Below are positions 10,046-21,377 of a DNA stretch of 64,000 nt, piece after piece (within the stretch, counting starts at the first letter, position 1; each line of letters starts with the position of its first letter). The stretch is from positions 133,163 through 197,162 of the forward strand of contig NZ_JACGLT010000003.1 in NCBI RefSeq assembly GCF_014062315.1. The letters are read 5' to 3'. The translations under genes and the position numbers were made by a program. The notes under the pieces are model-generated. The model was not told the origin of the DNA and did not search any database. It worked only from the letters and a program-made list of their open reading frames with translations. Origin of the DNA: Gelidibacter maritimus (GTDB lineage Bacteria; Bacteroidota; Bacteroidia; Flavobacteriales; Flavobacteriaceae).

Positions 10046-10654
10046 TTATTTTACTGAATTTGGTTCATTTACAAAATCGGATACGAGTTTGTAGGATTCA
10101 GCAAGTGCTTTCTCAAGATCATCGTTGATTACAGTGACATCAAACAAAGGTGCCGTCGCTAATTCTGCTGAGGCTTTTGCAATTCGCATATTGATTTTGT
10201 CGTTACTTTCCGTTTGGCGCTTTTTTAAACGAATTTTCAATTCGTCAATACTTGGCGGTTTTACAAAAATGGCGATGGTTTGGTCAGGGAATTTACGTTT
10301 GATACGTAAGCCTCCTGAAACATCAATATCAAAAATGACATTTTTTCCTTTTGCCCAAATACGTTTGACCTCAGTTTTTAAGGTGCCGTAAAAGTTATCA
10401 CGATAAACTTCTTCCCATTCTAAAAATTCGTCATTTTTAATCCGGTTTTTAAAGGCTTGTGCGTCTAAAAAGTAGTAATCTTTACCATCGGTTTCATTGT
10501 TTCTTTTTTCTCTGGAAGTTGCCGAAATTGAAAACTCCAAATTCAATTCTTCTTGCTTCAGCAAATGCCTCACAAGTGTTGTTTTGCCGGAGCCCGAAGG
10601 CGCTGAGAATACGATGAGTTTGCCTTGACTGGGGATGTCTTTAAGTTTTGTCAC
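10046..10654 (-). CDS. gmk: guanylate kinase
   Basis: P-loop SAPSGSGKTT and the GMP-binding region with ..E..G.DY.F. Confidence 0.9.
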   Translation of the reverse strand: MTKLKDIPSQGKLIVFSAPSGSGKTTLVRHLLKQEELNLEFSISATSREKRNNETDGKDYYFLDAQAFKNRIKNDEFLEWEEVYRDNFYGTLKTEVKRIWAKGKNVIFDIDVSGGLRIKRKFPDQTIAIFVKPPSIDELKIRLKKRQTESNDKINMRIAKASAELATAPLFDVTVINDDLEKALAESYKLVSDFVNEPNSVK

Positions 10655-10754
10655 TAATTTATTGTTTTTAATAGATAACTTTCTGAGTACAGGAAGTTCG
10701 ATTTTATATATTTATCATCTTTCAATCCACTACAGATTGTTTGCTGAAGACTAC

Positions 10755-11612
10755 TCACAGAACATTTAGTAGTTGTTCTTTAATCTTTTCCAATTCATCT
10801 TTCATCTGAACCACCAATTTTTGCATCGGTGCATGGTTACTTTTTGAGCCAATGGTATTGATTTCTCGTCCCATTTCCTGGCTAATAAATCCTAATTTCT
10901 TACCGTTGGAGTCATCACTGTTGAGCGCTTTGATAAAATAGTCCAAATGGTTTTTTAGACGTACTTTTTCTTCCGTAATGTCAAACTTTTCGATATAATA
11001 TACCAACTCCTGCTCAAAGCGGCTTTCATCTACTTTTTCCTTTAATTCTGCAACACCTTTGTGTAGACGTTCTCTTACTGCTTCAATCCGATCGGGATCC
11101 ATGGCAATAACTTCATCCAATAAATCTGATATGTTTTGAACCCGATCAAAAAATTCCGATTCCAAGCTTTTGCCTTCATCCACCCGGTATTGCTGAATTT
11201 TCTCCAATGCCGAATTGATTTCTCTAGCAATTTCCTCCCATTCGTCTTCATCCATCTCGTCGCGCTCGGTAGTGACAGCATCTGGCAATCGAATGGCCAT
11301 TTTTAGTAATTCAGTTTCATCGCCATCGACCACTTCCTTCAATTGCTTGATGTACTGTTTTACAACCGTTTTGTTGATTTGTGTTGAGGTTTCTTCACCA
11401 GTAATTTCCATATACAAGGTAAAATCAACTTTTCCACGTTCAAGTTTTGAAGCAATCAGTTTTCGAATGGCCAGCTCTTTCTCTCTGTATAAAGATGGCA
11501 TTCTCGTATTGAGGTCGAGGTTTTTGCTGTTGAGCGACTTAATTTCTATGGATATTTTTTTTGTTGGAAGCTGAATTACAGATTTTCCGTACCCGGTCAT
11601 GGATTGTATCAT
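10755..11612 (-). CDS. YicC/YloC-family protein (stress-induced; endoribonuclease family)
   Basis: MIQSMTGYGK N-terminus and a C-terminal KKLGFISQEMGREINTIGSK DUF1732-like region. Confidence 0.85.
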   Translation of the reverse strand: MIQSMTGYGKSVIQLPTKKISIEIKSLNSKNLDLNTRMPSLYREKELAIRKLIASKLERGKVDFTLYMEITGEETSTQINKTVVKQYIKQLKEVVDGDETELLKMAIRLPDAVTTERDEMDEDEWEEIAREINSALEKIQQYRVDEGKSLESEFFDRVQNISDLLDEVIAMDPDRIEAVRERLHKGVAELKEKVDESRFEQELVYYIEKFDITEEKVRLKNHLDYFIKALNSDDSNGKKLGFISQEMGREINTIGSKSNHAPMQKLVVQMKDELEKIKEQLLNVL

Positions 11613-11823
11613 GGACTTATTTTAAAAGTTGCACAAAGGTAATGAAAATCATCAGTTCTATTGAGCTAATAAGTGGATGGAATTGTGGCCGAGACATTTA
11701 AAAATTCTAAATTTGCATTCTTAAATTAATAACCAAGAGATAGGATTATTGAATTCATGGTGATTTTTTAATTTCTTAAATCAGATCTATGTTCTAAAAT
11801 CTGTTCTCTATATTCGATAAAAT

Positions 11824-12300
11824 ATGTATCTAAAGAATTTTGAAATACGTTGGAGTGATGTTGATGCCAATAGACATTTGGCCAATTCGGCCTATGTAAA
11901 TTTTATGAGTCATACGCGTGTGGCTTTTTTTGAAGACCATGGATTTTCATTGACAAATCTCGCCAAATTTCAAATCAGTCCTGTCGTTTTTTATGAGCAT
12001 ATCTTTTATTTTAAGGAAGCCTTTTTAGGCACGCCCCTAAGAGTAAGTCTTGAAGTTACTGGGTTGAGTGAAGACGGTATGTTTTTTAGGATAGAACATA
12101 ATGTCTATAATGACAAGGGAGAAAACTTAGCCAATTGCGAACTTTTGGGCGCATGGATAAATTTAAAGTCTCGACAACTAACTGGACTGCCATCAGAATT
12201 TTTGGAAGAGATGGATACTTTTCCAAAATCAAAAGACTTTAAGGTTTTAACGAAGGAAGACACCCGTAAATTTGGAAAGAAACCCGTGAATTTAAGTTGA
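11824..12300 (+). CDS. acyl-CoA thioesterase (hotdog fold / 4HBT family)
   Basis: IRWSDVDANRHLANSAYVNF is a typical 4HBT motif. Confidence 0.75.
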   Translation: MYLKNFEIRWSDVDANRHLANSAYVNFMSHTRVAFFEDHGFSLTNLAKFQISPVVFYEHIFYFKEAFLGTPLRVSLEVTGLSEDGMFFRIEHNVYNDKGENLANCELLGAWINLKSRQLTGLPSEFLEEMDTFPKSKDFKVLTKEDTRKFGKKPVNLS

Positions 12301-13185
12301 GACTTTCGGCCTTTTCGTCACCAAATAAATACCTAAAAATATTAAGGCGGAGGCTACGACTTTTACGAGAGTCAAATTATCGCTTCCCATCATGATTGCA
12401 AATATTCCTGCAATTACGGGCTGTATATAAATAAAGATACTCACCGTTGATGCCCGCAAATGCACCAGTGCCAATGGATTTAACAAATTTGCAATATAAG
12501 TGGCGCCAATGATGACGAAGGCAACTGCAAAAAACACATACGGACTGAAACTTGGGAAGTCAATTTCCATAAGCTCAGAATAACCGAATGGCACGACCAT
12601 AAAAAATGAAAAGAGAAACAACCATTTCAGAAAGGTCAGCGGATGGTATTTGGCTGTTAATTTTTTTACCAGAATAAGGTAAATTGCAAAAGAGGTGGCG
12701 TTGATAAATATCAGGGTATTCCCTAAAAGAACATTATCTTCACTACGAAGAGATTTTCCATAAACGGTCAAGATGATAGCACCGGCAAATCCGATAAATA
12801 CTCCCAAAATCTTCATTGAAGTGAGTTTTTCATTCAGAAAAATGGCAGACAGGATCAGCACTAAAATCGGAGAAGTGGTTGAAATCACGGAGGCATGAAT
12901 AGGTGTGGTATGTTCCAAGCCTTTAAAAAACATGAGCATGTTTATGGCTATTCCAAAAAGAGCGGCAATAAAGAAATGGATATAATCCTTTTTATCAATC
13001 TTTTCTTTGGGCCCCATAAAACTGAATAACCAAAACAGTAAAGTAGCACCGCCCACTCTTAGCACTATAAATGCGAATGGTTTGACAAAACCACCTGCCA
13101 TCACATCTTTGGCAAAGGTATAATTTAGACCATACATTAACTGCACAATAAAAGCAGCAATGAAGGCATAAGTTTTAACTTTCAT
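12292..13185 (-). CDS. EamA/DMT-family transporter
   Basis: 10 predicted TM helices arranged as two EamA-like halves. Confidence 0.75.
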   Translation of the reverse strand: MKVKTYAFIAAFIVQLMYGLNYTFAKDVMAGGFVKPFAFIVLRVGGATLLFWLFSFMGPKEKIDKKDYIHFFIAALFGIAINMLMFFKGLEHTTPIHASVISTTSPILVLILSAIFLNEKLTSMKILGVFIGFAGAIILTVYGKSLRSEDNVLLGNTLIFINATSFAIYLILVKKLTAKYHPLTFLKWLFLFSFFMVVPFGYSELMEIDFPSFSPYVFFAVAFVIIGATYIANLLNPLALVHLRASTVSIFIYIQPVIAGIFAIMMGSDNLTLVKVVASALIFLGIYLVTKRPKVST

Positions 13186-13531
13186 GAATTGCTTTCTTTG
13201 CAGCCTCTATGGTTTTGGCACTATTGCCAATAAAAATTTGATCATTATAAACCACAACCGGTCTGCTTAAAAACGTATAATGGTCAAGAATATAGTTTTT
13301 GAAATCTTGCTCTGTCAGGTTTTGGTCTTTTAGCCCCAAAGCTTTATAGCGTTGCGCCCTTTTGCTGAATAATGCTTCATAACGCCCCGATAAATTATAC
13401 AGTTCTTCCAATTGTGCAGGGGTAATGGCATCGGTCTTGATATCTTGAAATTCAAAATCTGTTGGCAATTCTAAGGCTTTGATGATTCTTGTACAGGTGC
13501 TACACGATTTCAAGTAATATATTTTTTTCAA
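13175..13531 (-). CDS. ArsC/Spx/YffB-family protein (arsenate reductase-like thioredoxin fold)
   Basis: N-terminal YLKSCSTCTR. Length 118 aa. Overlaps the EamA gene by 11 bp, which suggests an operon. Confidence 0.75.
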   Translation of the reverse strand: MKKIYYLKSCSTCTRIIKALELPTDFEFQDIKTDAITPAQLEELYNLSGRYEALFSKRAQRYKALGLKDQNLTEQDFKNYILDHYTFLSRPVVVYNDQIFIGNSAKTIEAAKKAIHES

Positions 13532-13656
13532 AATAAGTGGTGTTACAGGTTAAAAATAATCTGTCAAAATAAAGCAATCTTAACTACAATACCAACTGCT
13601 TAAAAAGTCTGAAATAGGGTAATTACAATGGATGAGCTCCGTTTTAAATTGAAGCA

Positions 13657-14382
13657 TTAGAGACTTACTTTTAAATGGTCTTTTATTTGATCATAAGGCA
13701 AATTTATTTTTGTCGTGCCTTGAGCATAGGAAGCAACTTCGTAATTATTGTAGAGCAGCACCAATCCGTTGGTGGAAAACCCTATATTGGATGGTAACTG
13801 AAAATCCTCACCAAAGAAAAAGTCTTCCATGGGTTCATCGTTATCCTTTGGTTTAGTTTGTTCTCTAAAAGCTTTCTCTGCAATTATTTTAAACTGGTCC
13901 AGATTCTTGATGAGATCCTCTTGTTCTAAAAGAGTGCCTGTTTCTGGATTGAAATTCAGATAGGTTGTCCTGCTATTGCCATGGGCTCCACCGGTATCAG
14001 TATAGGTTAATAGACTTATACAAATAATCTCTGCCGATTCATACATCACTTCACCATTCACTCTGACTTCCCATTCTTGGCTGCTGTCTTGAAAATCCTC
14101 TTTAAACGATCTAAACTCCCTGTCAAATTGCGCAACGGCTTCAGAAACGGAGATGTCATTCTCTGGTGTATCGGCCATGTTCATCTCATTGGCAATGACG
14201 TGTTCTATCTGTTGGTTAATTTTAGTGGCAACAGATTTTGTTCCGATGGCTTTTGGATAGTCAATAGCAATTTTCGCAGCTGTTGTTTTTTCGATATGCT
14301 TCGTTTCGAATGACAATTTCACGTCTTTATTACAAGCTGATAATATCAATGCAGCAATCAGGATGAGGCTTAGTTTTTTCAA
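13657..14382 (-). CDS. DUF3298/DUF4163 (RsiV/PdaC-like) lipoprotein
   Basis: Lipobox LSAC. The TDTGGAHG motif is characteristic of DUF3298. Confidence 0.7.
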   Translation of the reverse strand: MKKLSLILIAALILSACNKDVKLSFETKHIEKTTAAKIAIDYPKAIGTKSVATKINQQIEHVIANEMNMADTPENDISVSEAVAQFDREFRSFKEDFQDSSQEWEVRVNGEVMYESAEIICISLLTYTDTGGAHGNSRTTYLNFNPETGTLLEQEDLIKNLDQFKIIAEKAFREQTKPKDNDEPMEDFFFGEDFQLPSNIGFSTNGLVLLYNNYEVASYAQGTTKINLPYDQIKDHLKVSL

Positions 14383-14478
14383 ATTTTTGAGGTTTGGTTA
14401 AACAATCAATAAAGGTATTACATCCTTTTGTAACCAACCACTTAAAGGTTAAATTTGTTGTGAACAAAATCAGATGTT

Positions 14479-15618
14479 ATGAAATTCAATACAAAAACCA
14501 TTCACGGCAATCAGGAGCATGATAAGGCTTATGGTGCTGTGATGCCGCCGATATATCAAACAACAACCTATGCGCAATCTACGCCTGGAGGCCATAAGGG
14601 CTATGAGTATTCAAGATCTGCCAATCCAACTCGTACAGCATTGGAAAATTCATTTGCAAGTATAGAAAACGGTACACATGGTTTGGCCTTTGGATCTGGC
14701 TTGGCGGCTATTGATGCGGTAATGAAGCTTTTAAAACCCGGTGATGAGGTTATTTCAACCAATGATCTTTATGGCGGAACTTATCGGTTATTTACAAAAA
14801 TATTTGAAGGGTTTGGCATTAAATTCCATTTTGTTGGGATGGAGAATGCCTCAAAGATCGAATCTTATATCAATAAAAACACCAAGCTGATCTGGGTGGA
14901 GACACCCACCAATCCAATGATGAATATTATTGATCTTAAGGCCACAGCCGCGGTATCAAAAAAACATAATATTTTATTAGCGGTTGACAATACTTTCGCA
15001 ACACCTTACTTGCAGCAACCGTTAGATTTGGGTGCTGATATCGTCATGCATTCCGCCACCAAGTATTTGGGGGGCCATAGCGATGTGGTTATGGGAGCAC
15101 TTATTGTAAAAGACAAAGCCCTTGCAGATAGATTGTATTTTATCCAAAATGCAAGTGGTGCGGTGTGTGGTCCTCAAGACAGCTTTTTAGTGTTACGAGG
15201 AATTAAAACCTTGCACATTCGTATGCAGCGTCATTGTGAAAATGGAAAGGCTGTAGCCATCTATTTAAAGAAGCATCCGAAGATTGAAAACGTATATTGG
15301 CCAGGTTTTGAAGACCATCCTAACTATGATATTGCAAGAGCGCAAATGAAAGACTTTGGCGGAATGGTATCCTTTACAACAAGAGGAAACGATTACAAAG
15401 AAGCCGTCAGGATTATTGAAAATTTGAAAATTTTTACCTTGGCAGAGTCTTTAGGTGGGGTGGAATCTCTGGCGGGGCACCCCGCAAGTATGACGCATGC
15501 GAGTATACCTAAAGTGGAGCGCGAAAAGATAGGGGTGGTAGACTCCTTAATAAGATTGAGCGTTGGAATTGAGGATGAAGAAGATTTAATTGCCGATTTG
15601 AAACAGGCGATAGGTTAG
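14479..15618 (+). CDS. PLP-dependent Cys/Met-metabolism enzyme (cystathionine gamma-synthase / beta-lyase / methionine gamma-lyase family)
   Basis: SATKYLGGHSDVV carries the PLP-lysine motif. The N-terminal TRTALE and overall length (~379 aa) are typical of the family. Confidence 0.85.
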   Translation: MKFNTKTIHGNQEHDKAYGAVMPPIYQTTTYAQSTPGGHKGYEYSRSANPTRTALENSFASIENGTHGLAFGSGLAAIDAVMKLLKPGDEVISTNDLYGGTYRLFTKIFEGFGIKFHFVGMENASKIESYINKNTKLIWVETPTNPMMNIIDLKATAAVSKKHNILLAVDNTFATPYLQQPLDLGADIVMHSATKYLGGHSDVVMGALIVKDKALADRLYFIQNASGAVCGPQDSFLVLRGIKTLHIRMQRHCENGKAVAIYLKKHPKIENVYWPGFEDHPNYDIARAQMKDFGGMVSFTTRGNDYKEAVRIIENLKIFTLAESLGGVESLAGHPASMTHASIPKVEREKIGVVDSLIRLSVGIEDEEDLIADLKQAIG

Positions 15619-15681
15619 TTGAAAATCTTTAGAATTATGGACGGTTCTCTGTAGTTGAGGATTTTAATACGCCATTAAATG

Positions 15682-16488
15682 TTAATCAAAGTAATGGATG
15701 TAACCAATATTTAACCATAACATATAATCATTGGATTTATTGGAAGACAATTTATGGTTTAAACCATCAACCTCATCACTAAAATATTGCTGCCACCTTA
15801 AATCGAGCATTAAATCTGAGTAATAAGAAACTTTGTATCGTGTACCGATACTTCCCACAAGGGAGAAAGTGGTTCCTTTTTGGGCATTTACAAATTCGGT
15901 ATCCCTAATAGTGCCATCGGAGTAGCGATACCAAGGCCCATAAAAATTATCTAAATTTCTTGGGTTTTTATCACCATAGGTCGTGTAAACCTTGGGGTTA
16001 TAGGCTGTAAAATGCACGCCAAAACTCACGAACGGCGTAAAGGAGTTTGTTGCGTAAGAAAACTCTCTAAGACTGAAGGGGAAGTAATCCAATTGGACTC
16101 CAATATCGAAATTTTCGGTTTCGCCGGTGTGCGCCCTTAACTTATCAGCATTCACGCCTGGTCGGGCGGGGTCTGCCCATTTCCCAAAGTGTTTTAGTTT
16201 AGCTGTATTGTAAGAAAGTTCACTACGTAGTTTAAAGTGATCATTGAAATATTTGAAAGGTTTAAATCCAGGAACATCTTCAAAATTCATGAAGTGGACA
16301 ATACCAATGCCAAAACCTGTATTGCCAGTAGAACTCTGAAAATCACGACGCTCACCAAAATCTGATTGGAAGGCTACAGGACCAACTATGATACCAAATT
16401 CATTAGAGAACCTATTTTGGGCAAAGCCTGATGAGATACCCATAATAAATACAGATACTATGGATAACTGTTTCAAACTAAGCGTCAT
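15682..16488 (-). CDS. putative outer-membrane beta-barrel protein
   Basis: Signal peptide ending AQ. Alternating aromatic/hydrophobic beta-strand pattern and an aromatic-rich C-terminus. Confidence 0.5.
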   Translation of the reverse strand: MTLSLKQLSIVSVFIMGISSGFAQNRFSNEFGIIVGPVAFQSDFGERRDFQSSTGNTGFGIGIVHFMNFEDVPGFKPFKYFNDHFKLRSELSYNTAKLKHFGKWADPARPGVNADKLRAHTGETENFDIGVQLDYFPFSLREFSYATNSFTPFVSFGVHFTAYNPKVYTTYGDKNPRNLDNFYGPWYRYSDGTIRDTEFVNAQKGTTFSLVGSIGTRYKVSYYSDLMLDLRWQQYFSDEVDGLNHKLSSNKSNDYMLWLNIGYIHYFD

Positions 16489-16746
16489 ATAGTTTTGTTT
16501 AATTGGGTGGAATAGCTGTTAACAAATATATGAAAACAGATTTAACTTGCAAACAAAACATTAGCTACCCGAAGATTAAGTCTTTAAATTTATTTTATGT
16601 GTTGAGATATTGATTTTTTTAACCCTTATTTCCAACAGAAATATACTAATCGCTTAATGAATCTTCTTTAAATTACGAATATCATAATTTTCGAATATTG
16701 ATATAATAATTTATTGAGAAAAATGCATGAAAACTTTTAATATGCC

Positions 16747-16754
16747 TATATTTG
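16747..16754 (+). promoter_or_regulatory. Bacteroidota sigma-A -7 element (TATATTTG, consensus TAnnTTTG) upstream of gdhA
   Basis: Exact match to the TAnnTTTG consensus 40 bp upstream of the gdhA ATG. The -33 TTTG element is not exact. Confidence 0.3.
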
Positions 16755-16793
16755 TGAGACAAAAACCGACAAAAACTGATAATAAGTTAATAA

Positions 16794-18134
<1,341 letters not shown>

Positions 18135-18157
18135 TTTATCAAGAGAATAATAATGTT

Positions 18158-18195
18158 AAGGCCTCAATAAAATTTTATTGAGGCCTTATTTGTGT
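18158..18195 (+). terminator. rho-independent terminator of gdhA
   Basis: AAGGCCTCAATAAA / TTTATTGAGGCCTT hairpin followed by a T-rich run. Confidence 0.7.
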
Positions 18196-18204
18196 TCTTA
18201 ATAT

Positions 18205-20622
18205 ATGAATAACCTAAAAATGTCGTTAGTAATAAATATCTTTGGCATCTATTGGTATTCTATGATAAAACAGATTACATCCGTTTTTTTATTCCTTCTT
18301 GCACTTTCATCACATGCACAGGATTTTTCAACATTATGGCAAGGTTATTTTTCCTTTTATAATATTAAAGACGTTGTGGTTGGTGATAATAAAGTATATG
18401 GCGCTTCTGAAAATGCAATTTTTATCTATGATTTGTCAACCAATGAATTAGAAACCCTAACCACCATCGAAGGCTTATCGGGCGAAACCATTTCAACCAT
18501 TGCTTATAGTCAAACTTATGAAACCTTATTGATTGGCTATGAAAATGGACTCATTGAAATTGTTTTAGGCTCTGAGAATAATATATTGTCGGTGGTAGAT
18601 ATTGTTGACAAACAGACTATTCCGCCAAACCTTAAACGCATCAATCACTTTAATGTTTCTGACAGTTTGGCCTATATCTCTACTGATTTCGGCATTTCGG
18701 TCTATAATTTGGAACGCCTGGAGTTTGGAGATTCTTATTTCATTGGAAATGGTGGAAGTCAGGTTGCTGTGAATCAAACCACATTGTTGAATAATGTTAT
18801 TTATGCGGCTTGCGGAAACAATAATGCCATTAAGATGGCAGAATTATCAAATTCAAACCTCATCGATTATCAGCAGTGGCAAACCTTAGGAAATGGAAGT
18901 TTTCTTTCGGTTGAAAGTGTTGGAAATCGGCTCTATGCCGTCCAATCCAATCGTGTTGTTTATGAAATTTCCAATGGTGGATTCAACGCACTTTTTACCT
19001 ATTCAGATTTACCGTTGGATACAAAAGCGGTCAATGATAATTTAGTAATTACTACTGAAAACAACGTTTATGTCTATAATAGTAGTTTTGATGCTTTGGC
19101 CACGGCGGCATTACAATCAGATTTGAATACAAAATTTACCGCGGCTACAGTTGCTGACAATGTAATGCTTATTGGAACCAGTAGTATTGGCGTGTTAAAA
19201 TCCACTCTCTCAAACCCTACGTTTTATGAAGTCATAGGTCCGGAAGGGCCACTTATGAATGATGCTTTTAAAATTGAAGCTGGTAATGATAATTTATGGG
19301 TAACTTTTGGAGATTATAGTGCGTCGTATAATCCATCACCCATACGCAGTTATGGTCTCAGCCATTTGGTTGAAGGTCAGTGGATCAATACACCTTTTGA
19401 AAGTCTATTGACTGCCCAAAACTTAAATTATGTCGCTGTTAATCCTTTCAACCCATCCCAAGTATTTATCAGTGCTTTTCAACAAGGCATTTTGGAACTA
19501 AATGATGATGTGCCAACAGTATTGTACAATCAGAACAACAGCGGATTAGAAACAATAACAGCTAACAACCCTTCAATAAGGCAATCAGGATCTCAATTTG
19601 ATAGAAATGGTGTGTTATGGACCTTAACCAGTCGCGTGGATAGACCGTTGAAATCCTATGATCCAAGTACTGGACAATGGCGGGGCTATAGCTTCAGCGA
19701 AATTATTCAGGATCCTATTAATGACGAGTTTGGTTTTGGTGATTTAGTGATTGATAGAAGTGGCACCAAATGGATAGGCGCATATAAAAAGGGTATCATC
19801 GGTTTCAATGAGAATGGTAGCAAAATCAGGTTCTTGAACTCTGAAGAGCAGAATATGCCTGATAATACAGTAATGGCAGTTGCCATTGATAATAACAATC
19901 AACTGTGGATTGGTACTCGAAACGGATTGAGGGTGCTTTATAATACGAGCAGCTTTTTTGAGGCGCCCAATCCAAGTGTAAAGGAAATTGTAGTACTTGA
20001 CGATGGTATCCCTCAGGAATTGTTGTTCAACCAATTTATTACAGATATCAAAGTTGATGGCTCCAATAATAAATGGATTGGAACTTTAGATGCTGGACTC
20101 TTTTATTTCTCTCCTGACGGACAACAAACCATATATCACTTTACTACAAAAAACTCACCATTGCCTTCCAATGCTATAAAGGATATTTCTATTGATGCGC
20201 AAAATGGGAAGGTTTATATTGCAACTACAAAGGGCTTGGTGTCTTTTTATTCCGGTGGCTCCAAGCCAGAAGAAGAATTGTCCAATGCTTATGCTTATCC
20301 AAATCCGGTGAGACCAGAATATGATATTCTTGGAGCTAACAATCTAAATGATATTAATAAGGGCGTTAAGATCAGGGGCATCACAGAAAATGTTAATATA
20401 AAAATTACGGATATTGAAGGTAATCTGGTGGCTGAGGCACAATCAAGAGTTAATTTAAGAGCTACTCGTTCCAATTATAATTTTGCAATTGATGGCGGAA
20501 CTGCAATTTGGAACGGAAAAAATTTAGCCAACAATATTGTGGCCTCTGGCGTCTATTTGATTTTGATTTCTGATTTGGATTCTTTTGAAACCAAGGTCAT
20601 AAAATTGTTGATCATCAGATAA
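18205..20622 (+). CDS. PorZ-like T9SS protein: two-component-regulator-propeller repeats plus C-terminal T9SS sorting domain
   Basis: Repeated WIGT..G(L) Reg_prop motifs (WIGAYKKGI, WIGTRNGL, WIGTLDAGL). C-terminal GVYLILI....KVIKLLIIR matches the T9SS C-terminal domain. Signal peptide at an internal Met (MIKQITSVFLFLLALSSHAQ), so the true start may be 18262. Confidence 0.65.
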   Translation: MNNLKMSLVINIFGIYWYSMIKQITSVFLFLLALSSHAQDFSTLWQGYFSFYNIKDVVVGDNKVYGASENAIFIYDLSTNELETLTTIEGLSGETISTIAYSQTYETLLIGYENGLIEIVLGSENNILSVVDIVDKQTIPPNLKRINHFNVSDSLAYISTDFGISVYNLERLEFGDSYFIGNGGSQVAVNQTTLLNNVIYAACGNNNAIKMAELSNSNLIDYQQWQTLGNGSFLSVESVGNRLYAVQSNRVVYEISNGGFNALFTYSDLPLDTKAVNDNLVITTENNVYVYNSSFDALATAALQSDLNTKFTAATVADNVMLIGTSSIGVLKSTLSNPTFYEVIGPEGPLMNDAFKIEAGNDNLWVTFGDYSASYNPSPIRSYGLSHLVEGQWINTPFESLLTAQNLNYVAVNPFNPSQVFISAFQQGILELNDDVPTVLYNQNNSGLETITANNPSIRQSGSQFDRNGVLWTLTSRVDRPLKSYDPSTGQWRGYSFSEIIQDPINDEFGFGDLVIDRSGTKWIGAYKKGIIGFNENGSKIRFLNSEEQNMPDNTVMAVAIDNNNQLWIGTRNGLRVLYNTSSFFEAPNPSVKEIVVLDDGIPQELLFNQFITDIKVDGSNNKWIGTLDAGLFYFSPDGQQTIYHFTTKNSPLPSNAIKDISIDAQNGKVYIATTKGLVSFYSGGSKPEEELSNAYAYPNPVRPEYDILGANNLNDINKGVKIRGITENVNIKITDIEGNLVAEAQSRVNLRATRSNYNFAIDGGTAIWNGKNLANNIVASGVYLILISDLDSFETKVIKLLIIR

Positions 20623-20642
20623 TCCTCTTATTCAAACCGCTT

Positions 20643-21362
20643 ATGTTAGTTAAAACCAACGCTATTGTTCTTTCTAAGATAAAGTATAGAGACCACGACG
20701 TCATTGTTAAATGCTACACCAAAAACAGAGGCATCGTCAGTTATTTATTGCGAGGAATTTTAAAAAGTAAGAAGAGCAACTCAAAAATTGCCTATTACCA
20801 ACCTTTATCACAACTGGAAATTGAAGAGAACTATCGAGCCAATCAATCTTTGCAATATATTAGAGATGTTAAGTTAAGTGTGCCGTATCACAGCATGCAT
20901 ACCAATATTCTCAAAGGGGCTATTGTTATGTTTTTATCAGAAGTTCTATCGGCTACGTTGAAAGAAGAAGAGGCCAATCCGTCGTTATACGAGTTTTTGG
21001 AAACCACGCTGCAATGGTTGGATCACGAAACCGAATTTGCTAATTTTCATTTACTATTTTTATTGGAACTTTCGAAACATTTGGGGTTTTATCCAGATGC
21101 CACACAATCCACCTTTCCCTACTTTAATTTGCGATCAGGAAGTTTCGAACTTTATCCGCAAAAACCTTATACCATCTCAGGTCAAGATTTATTGCTATTA
21201 AAACAGCTTTTAGGCATAAAATTTGATAGTTTGAATGCTTTAAAGCTGCATTCAAAACAACGACAATCTTTTCTGAATTTATTACTGTTTTACTTTGAAC
21301 TGCATCTATCAGACTTTAGAAAACCAAAATCACTTCAAGTATTTAATGAAGTATTCCACTAA
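20643..21362 (+). CDS. recO: DNA repair protein RecO
   Basis: N-terminal OB-fold pattern AIVLSKIKYRDHDVIV and length about 240 aa. Confidence 0.85.
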   Translation: MLVKTNAIVLSKIKYRDHDVIVKCYTKNRGIVSYLLRGILKSKKSNSKIAYYQPLSQLEIEENYRANQSLQYIRDVKLSVPYHSMHTNILKGAIVMFLSEVLSATLKEEEANPSLYEFLETTLQWLDHETEFANFHLLFLLELSKHLGFYPDATQSTFPYFNLRSGSFELYPQKPYTISGQDLLLLKQLLGIKFDSLNALKLHSKQRQSFLNLLLFYFELHLSDFRKPKSLQVFNEVFH

Positions 21363-21377
21363 AACAAGTTTTACACT

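Noticed and set aside
14383-14478. SAM riboswitch upstream of the Cys/Met PLP-enzyme gene
   Set aside because: The leader is only about 95 bp, and I cannot find the SAM-I conserved helices or kink-turn consensus.
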